This document shows, piece by piece, positions 56,225-64,000 of a stretch of 64,000 nucleotides of DNA. Numbering within the stretch: the stretch's first letter is position 1; every line of letters starts with the position of its first letter. The translations under genes and the position numbers were made by a program. Under the pieces are notes generated by a model that worked only from the letters and a program-made list of their open reading frames with translations, was not told where the DNA came from and did not search any database. Source of the stretch: Candidatus Limnocylindrales bacterium (GTDB lineage Bacteria > Chloroflexota > Limnocylindria > Limnocylindrales > CSP1-4); contig JBBQRX010000011.1 of NCBI GenBank assembly GCA_038214375.1, positions 5,810 to 69,809 on the forward strand. The letters are read 5' to 3'.

Positions 56225-58551
56225 GCGCGACCGTGGTCCCGGTCACGGCCGCCGTGCCGCTCCACCGAGCACTCGGCCTGACCGACGAGGAGCTCGAGGC
56301 GATCGCCGGGAAGCTGGGTCGTGCCGCGAACGACCTCGAGCTCGCGATGTTCAGCGTGATGTGGAGCGAGCACTGCTCCTACAAGAGCAGCCGGCCCCTC
56401 CTGCGGACGCTCCCGACCGCTGGCGACGACGTGGTCGCCGGTCCCGGCGAGAACGCGGGCGTCATGCGGATCGGCGACGGCTGGGCGGTCGCGTTCAAGA
56501 TCGAATCGCACAACCACCCGTCGGCAGTCGAGCCGGACCAGGGAGCCGCCACCGGTGTCGGCGGAATCCTGCGCGACATCTTCGCGATGGGCGCCCGCCC
56601 GATCGCGGTCCTCGACGCGCTCCGCTTTGGCGACCCGGCCGATCCGCGCACGCGCCACCTCGTCAACGGCGTGGTGCGCGGAGTCGGTGGCTACGGGAAC
56701 TGCGTGGGCGTCCCTACCGTCGGCGGCGAGCTCGTCTTCGACCCGTCGTACCAGGGCAACCCGCTCGTCAACGTGATGGCGATCGGGCTGGTCCGCGAGG
56801 ACGCCATCATGCGGGCCGCCGCGCCGGGGCCCGGAAATCTCGTGATCCTCTACGGCTCGGCGACGGGGCGCGACGGGATCGGCGGCGCGTCGGTGCTCGC
56901 CTCGGCGACGTTCGGCGACCAGGACCCTTCGAAGCGGCCGGCCGTCCAGGTGGGCGACCCGTTCGCGGAGAAGCTCCTGATCGAGGCGACGCTGGAGATC
57001 CTCGCGGCCGGCCTTGCCGAGGGTCTCCAGGACCTGGGCGCCGCGGGGATCACCTGTGGCGTATCGGAGACCGCGGACCGCGCGGGGACCGGGATCCGCG
57101 TGGACCTCGACGCGATCCCGCGCCGGGAGCCGGGCATGGCGCCGTTCGAGGTCCTGATCAGCGAATCGCAGGAGCGGATGGTCGTCATCGCCCGGCCCGA
57201 GCGCCTGCCGGAGATCGCGGCGATCTGCGCACGCTGGGGGATCCCCTGCGCGGTGATCGGCCGCGTGACCGGCGACGGCGACATCTCGGTGATCCAGGGT
57301 GGCCTCGCTGCCGACGGAGCGCCGAACCCCGGCGCCCGCGAGCTCGCCCGGATCCCGGCCCGGGCGCTCGCTTCGGAAGCGATCGTGTTCGACCGCCTCG
57401 GGGTCCCGCCCCAGCGCCGCCGCCGGGCGCCCGCGCCGGGCACCCCGGAGACGACCGCCGACCCACTCCCGGAACGTGGCACGGACCCGGGCGCGGTCCT
57501 GCTCGGCCTGCTCGGGAGCCCGAACCTCGGCTCGCGAGCCTGGGTGTCAGAGCAGTACGACCGGCACGTCGGGACGAACACGGTGGGTGGGGCCGGCCAC
57601 GGGGCGGCGGTGCTCCGCGTCAAGGGCACGAGGCGTGCGCTCGTCGCGACCACCGACGGAAACGAGGCGGTCACCGCCCTCGACCCGTACCTGGGCGCGG
57701 CGCTTTCCGTCGCCGAGGCGGCACGGAACGTCTCGGTGACCGGCGCCCGGCCGCTCGGCGTCACGAACTGCCTGAACTTCGGCGACCCGACGCGGCCCGA
57801 GTCGTTCTGGCAGCTCCGCGAGGCCGTGCGCGGGCTGGGCGACGCATGCCGGGCGCTCGGGCTCCCTGTGACCGGCGGCAACGTGTCGCTCTATAACGAG
57901 GCGCCCGGATCGGCGATCGCGCCGACGCCCGTGATCGGGGTCGTGGGCCTCCTCGACGACGTGGATCTGCTGGTCGCGCCCGCGTTTGCTGCGGACGGAG
58001 ACGTTGCCCTGCTCGCCGGCGCCACCGGACCCGGCCTCGGTGGCAGCGCCTACGCTGCGCTCGCGGGCCTTGCGGCCGCGGACGACCCGCCCAGTCTCGA
58101 TCTCGCGGCAGAGGCCGCGGTCCAGGCGTTCGTCCGCGACGCGATCGCCGCACGCACGGTCACGGCCGCCCAGGACGTCGGCGGCGGCGGCCTGGCGGTG
58201 GCGCTCGCCGAGATGGCGATGTGGGGCGGCCGCGGCGGCCGGTTCCGGGTTGCCGTGCCCGGCGCGCCGGCCGTGGCGCTCTTCGGCGAGAGCCCGTCGC
58301 GGATCGTCCTGACGGCACGGCCGGACGACCTGCCCGCCATCCGCGACGCGGCGGTGGGGCACGGCGTCCCGCTCGTCGAGCTCGGGATCGTCGGGGGGCC
58401 GAGGCTCTTCGTCGAGCTGGTTGGGGAGGGCGCCACCGGCGCTGCGGAAGGCCGCGGATCGAGCATCGCCGACGCCCTGGAGGTCCCGCTCGCCGACCTT
58501 CGCCATGCCTGGGATCATGGACTCCCGCGCGCGCTCGGCGAGGAGGTTTGA
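56221..58551 (+). CDS. purL: phosphoribosylformylglycinamidine synthase subunit PurL
   Basis: GTGA overlap. [10 protein letters not shown] and ESHNHPS. 776 aa. Confidence 0.95.
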   Translation: MSATVVPVTAAVPLHRALGLTDEELEAIAGKLGRAANDLELAMFSVMWSEHCSYKSSRPLLRTLPTAGDDVVAGPGENAGVMRIGDGWAVAFKIESHNHPSAVEPDQGAATGVGGILRDIFAMGARPIAVLDALRFGDPADPRTRHLVNGVVRGVGGYGNCVGVPTVGGELVFDPSYQGNPLVNVMAIGLVREDAIMRAAAPGPGNLVILYGSATGRDGIGGASVLASATFGDQDPSKRPAVQVGDPFAEKLLIEATLEILAAGLAEGLQDLGAAGITCGVSETADRAGTGIRVDLDAIPRREPGMAPFEVLISESQERMVVIARPERLPEIAAICARWGIPCAVIGRVTGDGDISVIQGGLAADGAPNPGARELARIPARALASEAIVFDRLGVPPQRRRRAPAPGTPETTADPLPERGTDPGAVLLGLLGSPNLGSRAWVSEQYDRHVGTNTVGGAGHGAAVLRVKGTRRALVATTDGNEAVTALDPYLGAALSVAEAARNVSVTGARPLGVTNCLNFGDPTRPESFWQLREAVRGLGDACRALGLPVTGGNVSLYNEAPGSAIAPTPVIGVVGLLDDVDLLVAPAFAADGDVALLAGATGPGLGGSAYAALAGLAAADDPPSLDLAAEAAVQAFVRDAIAARTVTAAQDVGGGGLAVALAEMAMWGGRGGRFRVAVPGAPAVALFGESPSRIVLTARPDDLPAIRDAAVGHGVPLVELGIVGGPRLFVELVGEGATGAAEGRGSSIADALEVPLADLRHAWDHGLPRALGEEV

Positions 58552-58554
58552 CCG

Positions 58555-60015
58555 ATGTGCGGGGTCTTCGGCGTCGTGGCGCCCGGCCAGGAGGCCGCCC
58601 GGATCGCCGCGCTGGGTATCTTCGCGCTCCAGCACCGCGGCCAGGAGTCGGCCGGCGTCGCGGTGTCGGACGGCGACCAGCTCATGCTCTACAAGGACCT
58701 CGGCCTGGTTGCGCAGGTGCTCGACGACCGGCGCCTGCCCAGCCTCCGCGGCGACATCGCGATCGCCCATTGCCGGTATTCCACGACCGGTTCCACGGTC
58801 TGGGAGAACGCCCAGCCGACGCTTCGGCTCGGGCCCCGGCGCGCACTCGCGATCGGGCACAACGGCAACCTCGTCAACACCCGCGAGCTGCTCGCGAAGC
58901 TGGCGGGCGGGCGTTCGCGCCTCCCGGCGAGCACCGACACCGAGCTGCTCACGGCACTCCTCGCCGACGAGCCGGCGCCGGACACGGTCGGGGCGCTTCT
59001 CTCGGTGCTGCCCATGATCCGGGGCGCGTACAGCCTCGTGGTCCTCGACGAGCGGCGCGTCATCGGCGTCCGCGATCCGCACGGGTTCCGGCCGCTCGTC
59101 CTCGGCCGCCTGCCCTCGCCGGAGCCCCGAGCGGTGACCCTCTGGGACGAGCCCGACGCCGCGGGCGGCTGGGTGCTGAGCTCCGAGACGACCGGCCTCG
59201 ACGTCGTCGGTGCCGCGTACGTCCGTGACGTCGAGCCCGGGGAGATCGTCATCCTCGAGGCCGGCCGCGATCCGGTCTCGGTCCGCTTCGCGCCCGCCAC
59301 CCCGGCGCTCTGCGTCTTCGAGCTGATCTACTTCGCCCGACCCGACTCGTACATGGAAGGCGCCAACCTCTACGAGGCGCGCCGCCAGATGGGGATCCAG
59401 CTCGCCGGCGAGGAGCCCGTGCCGGCCGATCTCGTGATGCCCGTCCCGGACACCGGCGCCCCGGCCGCGGTCGGCTACGCGGAGGCGTCCGGTCTCCCGT
59501 ACCGCGAGGGGATGATCCGCAACCGGTACGCGGGCCGCACGTTCATCCAGCCCTCCCAGTCGATGCGCCAGCGCGGCGTCACGGTGAAGCTCTCGCCGCT
59601 GCGCGAGATCGTGCGGGGCCAACGCCTGGTCGTCGTGGACGACTCGATCGTCCGCGGGACGACCACGCGCTCGATCGTCGAGCTGCTTCGTCGCGCTGGC
59701 GCAGCGGAGATCCACGTCCGGATCAGCGCGCCACCCATCTACCACCCGTGCTTCTACGGGATCGACACGCAGGTGGAGACCGAGCTGATCGCCGCGACCC
59801 ACTCCGTCGACGAGATCCGCGACTTCATCGGGGCCGACTCGCTCGGCTACCTCTCGATCCGCGGCGTGCTCGCGGCGCTCGACCTTCCGTACGACCGCTT
59901 CTGCTTCGCCTGCTTCGACGGGAAGTACCCGGAGCCCGTGCCGTACGATGCGGCGCGGCGGAAGTTCATCCTCGAGGAAGGCGTCGGCGAACCGGGCGTC
60001 GGGGCCCGTGGCTGA
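58555..60015 (+). CDS. purF: amidophosphoribosyltransferase
   Basis: N-terminal MCGVFG (Ntn Cys) and PRPP motif VVVDDSIVRGTT. Confidence 0.96.
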   Translation: MCGVFGVVAPGQEAARIAALGIFALQHRGQESAGVAVSDGDQLMLYKDLGLVAQVLDDRRLPSLRGDIAIAHCRYSTTGSTVWENAQPTLRLGPRRALAIGHNGNLVNTRELLAKLAGGRSRLPASTDTELLTALLADEPAPDTVGALLSVLPMIRGAYSLVVLDERRVIGVRDPHGFRPLVLGRLPSPEPRAVTLWDEPDAAGGWVLSSETTGLDVVGAAYVRDVEPGEIVILEAGRDPVSVRFAPATPALCVFELIYFARPDSYMEGANLYEARRQMGIQLAGEEPVPADLVMPVPDTGAPAAVGYAEASGLPYREGMIRNRYAGRTFIQPSQSMRQRGVTVKLSPLREIVRGQRLVVVDDSIVRGTTTRSIVELLRRAGAAEIHVRISAPPIYHPCFYGIDTQVETELIAATHSVDEIRDFIGADSLGYLSIRGVLAALDLPYDRFCFACFDGKYPEPVPYDAARRKFILEEGVGEPGVGARG

Positions 60016-61171
60016 GGCGGGGCCCGCGGCAGGGACGGGCGGTGCGCCCTCGGGAGCGCGGGCTCCTGCGCGACGCGACGCATACCTGGCTGCGGGTGTG
60101 GACGTAGAGGCCGGCGAGCGCGCCGTCGCCCTCATGCGCGAGGCGGTCGCCTCGACCCGCCGGCCGGAGGTCGTCGGCGGCCTCGGCGGGTTCGCCGGCG
60201 CGATCGAGATTCCGGCCGGCTACCGGCGCCCGCTCCTCGTAGCGTCCACGGATGGGGTCGGCACGAAGGCCGCCCTGGCGCGCGCGGCCGGCCGCCTGGG
60301 CAGCCTCGGGATCGACCTCGTCGCGATGTGCGCGGACGACGTTGCCTGCACCGGCGCGGAGCCGCTCTTCCTGCTCGACTACCTCGCCGTCGGCCGGCTC
60401 GTCCCCGAGGAGATCGCCGAGGTCGTGGCCGGGGTCGCCGCGGGCTGCCGCGAGGCGGGGTGCGCGCTCCTCGGCGGCGAGACGGCCGAGCATCCCGGGA
60501 CGATGGCCCCCTCCGACCTGGACCTCGCGGCCACCTGCGTCGGCGTCGTGGAGCGCGACGACGTGATCGACGGGTCGGCGGTCCGGGCGGAGGACGTGCT
60601 CGTCGGGCTCGCCGCGTCCGGGCTGCACAGCAACGGCTTCTCGCTCGTGCGGCGGCTGGTGGCCCAGGCGCGCCTGGACCTGGCCGCGCCGTACGCGGGC
60701 GTGCTGGCCGCCCACGCGCCGGGCGTCCTGCCCGAGCCCCACCTTGCGGAGGCGTCCCTCGGCGACGTCCTCCTGACCCCGACGCGGATCTACGCGCGCG
60801 CGGTGCTCGCCATTCGAGCCGCCGTGCGGGGGGTCGGGGAGGACGTGCACGCGATCGCGCACGTGACCGGCGGGGGGCTGCCGGGTGCCGCGCCACGAAT
60901 CCTCCCCGACGGGCTCGGGGCCCGGATCCACCCGGCGACATGGCCGCTGCCCTCGGTGATGCGGCTGCTCGGGATGCTCGGCGGCCTCGACGATGCCGAG
61001 CTGCGGGCGACCTTCAACGGTGGGCTCGGAATGCTCCTCGTGATGCCGGCCGGCGCCGCGCCTGCTGCGCGGGCCACGGCCTGGGAACGCGGGATCGCCG
61101 CGTTCGCAGTGGGGGAGGTCGTGGCGGCGACGGACCTCGACGGCGCCCGCTACGTGGAGGTGGAGGGATGA
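60008..61171 (+). CDS. purM: phosphoribosylformylglycinamidine cyclo-ligase
   Basis: AYLAAGVDVEAG, ASTDGVGTK and GGETAEHPG. GTG 60008 overlaps the purF end by 8 nt. ATG 59948 is an alternative start. Confidence 0.9.
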   Translation: MAEAGPAAGTGGAPSGARAPARRDAYLAAGVDVEAGERAVALMREAVASTRRPEVVGGLGGFAGAIEIPAGYRRPLLVASTDGVGTKAALARAAGRLGSLGIDLVAMCADDVACTGAEPLFLLDYLAVGRLVPEEIAEVVAGVAAGCREAGCALLGGETAEHPGTMAPSDLDLAATCVGVVERDDVIDGSAVRAEDVLVGLAASGLHSNGFSLVRRLVAQARLDLAAPYAGVLAAHAPGVLPEPHLAEASLGDVLLTPTRIYARAVLAIRAAVRGVGEDVHAIAHVTGGGLPGAAPRILPDGLGARIHPATWPLPSVMRLLGMLGGLDDAELRATFNGGLGMLLVMPAGAAPAARATAWERGIAAFAVGEVVAATDLDGARYVEVEG

Positions 61172-63453
61172 CCGAGCGCGGCGCTGCCGGCCGGATCGCG
61201 GTCGGCGTCTCTGGGAGCGGCAGCAACCTGCGCGCCCTCCAGGCGCGGATTGTGCGCGGCGCCCTCCCGGCCCGGATCGCGCTCGTCTTCGCGGACCGGG
61301 CCTGCCCGGCGCTCGACTGGGCGGCCGAGCAGGGCCTCGAGACGGCTCGCATCGAGGGCCTCGGCGCCGCCGACCTCGACGATCGCGCGCTCGCGGACCG
61401 GAGCCTCGCGGAAACGCTGCAGGCGATCGAGATCGACGCGGTCGTCCTGGCCGGCTTCATGCGCCTGCTCGGCCCGGCCGTGCTCGCGGCGTTTTCCGGC
61501 CGCATCCTCAACGTCCACCCCTCGCTCCTGCCGAGCTTCCCCGGGCCGCACGCGGTCCGCGATGCGCTCGCCGCCGGCGCCGCGGTGACCGGTGTCACGG
61601 TGCATCTCGTCGACGAGGTGCTCGACGGGGGCCCGATCGTCCTTGCCGAGGCGGTGGATGTCCGGCCGGGCGAGGACGAGGCCGCGCTCGTCGAGCGCCT
61701 CCACGCGGTCGAGCATCGGCTCCTGCCGCGCGCCGTCGCGCTCCTGCTCGCCGGCGCGCTCGCCGTTGACGGCCGGCGGGTCACGATCGACGCCGCACGT
61801 GCCGGGGCGGCTCTCCCACGGCCGCGACGCGCCCTTCTCTCCGTCTCGGACAAGGCGGGGATCGCCGACCTGGGCCGGGGGCTCGTCGGGCGGGGCTTCG
61901 AGCTGGTAAGCACCGGCGGCACGGCGCGGGCGCTCCGCGATGCGGGATTGCCGGTCACCGACGTGGCCGCCGTCACCGGCTTCCCGGAGATGCTCGACGG
62001 GCGCGTGAAGACCCTGCACCCGCGGATCCACGCGGGGATCCTCGCCGATCGGCGAAACGCGGACCACCGCGCCCAGCTGGCGGCCGCGGCGATCGAGCCC
62101 TTCGAGCTGGTCGTCGTCAACCTCTACCCGTTCGCCGCCGCCGCCGGGCGCGCGGCCCGGGGGGAGCTGGACCTCGCCGGTCTTGTCGAGGAGATCGACA
62201 TCGGCGGCCCGTCGCTGGTCCGGGCGGCCGCCAAGAACGCGGCGAACGTCGCGATCGTGACGTCCCCGGCGCGCTACCGGGCAATCCTCGACGCGCTGGA
62301 CGCGCCCGGCGGCATCCCGGACGGGCTCCGGGCCGCGCTCGCGATCGAGGCGTTCCGGCACACGGCGGCCTACGACGCGCGGATCGCCGAGGTCCTGCCC
62401 TGCGAGATCGACCGCGCCGGGATCGCGATGCCCGACGAACCCGGCCTCCCGCGCAGCGTCGATGCATTTCCCGCGTCGCTCGTCATCGGCCTCGAGAAGG
62501 TCGGGACACTGCGCTACGGCGAGAACCCGCACCAGTCCGCGGCGCGCTACCGGCGACCTGGCGCGACGGACGTGGAAGGCCCGTTCGCGACCGGGGAGGC
62601 GCCGCTCCAGGGCAAGCCGCTCAGCTACAACAACATCCTCGACGCGTCTGCGGCATCGGCGCTCGGGCGCGACCTGCGCGGCCCCGCCTGCGCAATCGTC
62701 AAGCATACGAACCCGTGCGGCGCGTCGGAGCGCGGCAGCCTGCTCGCGGCCTGGGACGACGCGCTGGTCGCCGACCCGGTGAGCGCGTTCGGCGGCGTCG
62801 TCGCGCTGACCCGGGAGGTGGACGGCGAGGTCGCCGAGCGGCTGGCGGGCATCTTCCTCGAGATCGTCATCGCCCCCGGGTTCAACGCGGACGCGCTGGC
62901 GGTCCTGGCCCGAAAGCCAAACCTGCGCCTCGTGGTCGACGGGCGGCTCGGTCTCGCCGGTGCTCCCCCGTGGCCCGACCCCCGCGGCGCGTTCCGGACG
63001 GCCGGCGGCGCGGTCCTCGTCACCGCGCCCGACACGATCCCGGACGACCCGGCCGGGTGGGGCTGCGTCACGCGCCGCGTTCCCACGGACCGGGAGCGTG
63101 CGGACCTCGACCTTGCCTGGCGGCTGGTCCGGGGCGTCACCAGCAACGCGATCGTCCTGGTCCGCGACGGGATGCTGATCGGCCTGGGGTCCGGCCAGAC
63201 GAGCCGTGTGGACGCCGCCCGCCAGGCGGTCGACAAGGCACGCGCGATCCTCGGGCCGGAGCGGCTCGCAGGCGCTGCCTGTGGATCGGACGCGTTCTTT
63301 CCGTTCCCGGACGCCGTCGAGGTCTGCCTCGCGGCGGGCGTCACCGCGTTCGTCCAGCCGGGCGGCTCGGTCCGGGACGCGGAGGTGACCGCGGCCGTGG
63401 ACGCGGCCGGCGCGACGATGCTCGTGACGGGGACGCGGCACTTCCGCCACTGA
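61168..63453 (+). CDS. purN/purH: fused phosphoribosylglycinamide formyltransferase (PurN) / AICAR formyltransferase-IMP cyclohydrolase (PurH), 761 aa
   Basis: ATGA overlap with purM. PurN part: VSGSGSNLRAL and NVHPSLLPSFPG. It continues in-frame, with no stop or start codon, into PurH: ALLSVSDKAGI, RVKTLHPRIHAGIL, KHTNPCGA, QPGGSVRD and C-terminal TGTRHFRH. Confidence 0.85.
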   Translation: MTERGAAGRIAVGVSGSGSNLRALQARIVRGALPARIALVFADRACPALDWAAEQGLETARIEGLGAADLDDRALADRSLAETLQAIEIDAVVLAGFMRLLGPAVLAAFSGRILNVHPSLLPSFPGPHAVRDALAAGAAVTGVTVHLVDEVLDGGPIVLAEAVDVRPGEDEAALVERLHAVEHRLLPRAVALLLAGALAVDGRRVTIDAARAGAALPRPRRALLSVSDKAGIADLGRGLVGRGFELVSTGGTARALRDAGLPVTDVAAVTGFPEMLDGRVKTLHPRIHAGILADRRNADHRAQLAAAAIEPFELVVVNLYPFAAAAGRAARGELDLAGLVEEIDIGGPSLVRAAAKNAANVAIVTSPARYRAILDALDAPGGIPDGLRAALAIEAFRHTAAYDARIAEVLPCEIDRAGIAMPDEPGLPRSVDAFPASLVIGLEKVGTLRYGENPHQSAARYRRPGATDVEGPFATGEAPLQGKPLSYNNILDASAASALGRDLRGPACAIVKHTNPCGASERGSLLAAWDDALVADPVSAFGGVVALTREVDGEVAERLAGIFLEIVIAPGFNADALAVLARKPNLRLVVDGRLGLAGAPPWPDPRGAFRTAGGAVLVTAPDTIPDDPAGWGCVTRRVPTDRERADLDLAWRLVRGVTSNAIVLVRDGMLIGLGSGQTSRVDAARQAVDKARAILGPERLAGAACGSDAFFPFPDAVEVCLAAGVTAFVQPGGSVRDAEVTAAVDAAGATMLVTGTRHFRH

Positions 63454-63535
63454 GCGCAGGCTCCGGACGGGATCGCCGCGGCGCGGGGCCGTCGACATCG
63501 GGCCGCCCGTGGCGCGGGGCCCTCGCCGGCCCTGC

Positions 63536-63541
63536 TAGGAT
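63536..63541 (+). promoter_or_regulatory. -10-like TAGGAT 9 nt upstream of the metG ATG
   Basis: ctgcTAGGATcggccggccATG, with no SD. Confidence 0.35.
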
Positions 63542-63550
63542 CGGCCGGCC

Positions 63551-64000
63551 ATGCCCGACCGACCCGACCGTTTCTACCTGACCACGGCGATCGCCTATGC
63601 GAACAACCGCCCCGGCCTCCACACCCTGTACGAGGTGATCGGCGCCGACACGCTGGCGCGCTGGTACCGGATGTGCGGTGTCCCGACCCGCTTCCTGACC
63701 GGGACCGACGAGCACAGCGTCAACATCGCCATGCGGGCCGCCGAGGAAGGACGCTCGCCGCGCGACTTCGTGGATTCCCAGGTCGCCCTCTTCCGGGCGG
63801 CCGAGGATGCGCTCCAGATCGGCCCGGACCGCTTCATCCGCACGACGGACCCGGACCACGTGCGCGCGGCGCAGGAGATGGTCCGCCGCGCCCACGCGAG
63901 CGGTGACATCTACCCTGGCACCTACGAGGGCTGGTACTGCCCGAACGAGGGGTTCCGGAACGCCACCGACGTCGTGGAAACGGCCGCGGGCACGACCTGC
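63551..64000 (+). CDS. metG: methionine--tRNA ligase, N-terminal part (3' end outside window)
   Basis: Open frame to the window end: FYLTTAIAYANNRPGLHTLYEVIGADTLARWYRMCG..FLTGTDEHS..GWYCPNEGF. Not in the ORF track because no stop lies in the window. Confidence 0.88.
   Translation, partial: MPDRPDRFYLTTAIAYANNRPGLHTLYEVIGADTLARWYRMCGVPTRFLTGTDEHSVNIAMRAAEEGRSPRDFVDSQVALFRAAEDALQIGPDRFIRTTDPDHVRAAQEMVRRAHASGDIYPGTYEGWYCPNEGFRNATDVVETAAGTTC

Noticed and set aside
57547-63498. Long minus-strand ORFs (57547..60135, 862 aa; 61150..63498, 782 aa), plus similar ones over ftsZ, acnA-adjacent DNA and gcvPB.
   Set aside because: They are in exact codon register with purL/purF and purN::purH respectively. 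The same GC3 shadow effect applies, and they contain no recognisable motifs.

Overview
This is a very GC-rich bacterial chromosomal segment (third codon positions are almost always G/C). It is densely packed and mostly housekeeping, and many neighbouring genes share 4-nt NTGA stop/start overlaps.

Gene order:
1. A division/cell-wall cluster, murF(partial)-mraY-murD-ftsW-murG-murB-ddl-ftsQ-DUF1290-ftsA-ftsZ-yggS-yggT-DUF167, followed by tRNA-Val(CAC).
2. About 8 kb of loosely organised non-core genes: a DinB-family protein, a lipoprotein, two convergent membrane proteins, an amylo-alpha-1,6-glucosidase-like enzyme, a ceruloplasmin-like two-domain multicopper oxidase and an orphan ABC ATPase.
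3. Aconitase (minus strand), a DUF2520 oxidoreductase and a NUDIX-gcvT-gcvH-gcvPA-gcvPB operon.
4. An ECF sigma/anti-sigma pair.
5. Two paralogous, convergent five-gene Opp/Dpp-type ABC importer operons.
6. A split glutaminase + NadE pair, rsmI, an orphan ssb and a frameshifted GGDEF/HD-GYP gene.
7. A 13-kb purine operon, purA-purD-purB-purC-purS-purQ-purL-purF-purM-purN::purH.
8. The 5' end of metG.

I saw no rRNA, CRISPR, transposase, integrase or phage genes. I did not find a convincing novel multi-gene system.

The most notable observations are:
- a bacterial two-domain multicopper oxidase that looks colinear with vertebrate ceruloplasmin domains;
- an in-frame PurN-PurH fusion;
- a recurring leaderless-promoter geometry (TANNNT 6-7 nt before the start codon);
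- a terminator-containing purA leader of unknown class;
- 3 x 21-bp direct repeats upstream of an atypical ssb;
- a 1-nt frameshift in a c-di-GMP gene.

The long antisense ORFs in the track are shadow ORFs caused by GC3 bias.
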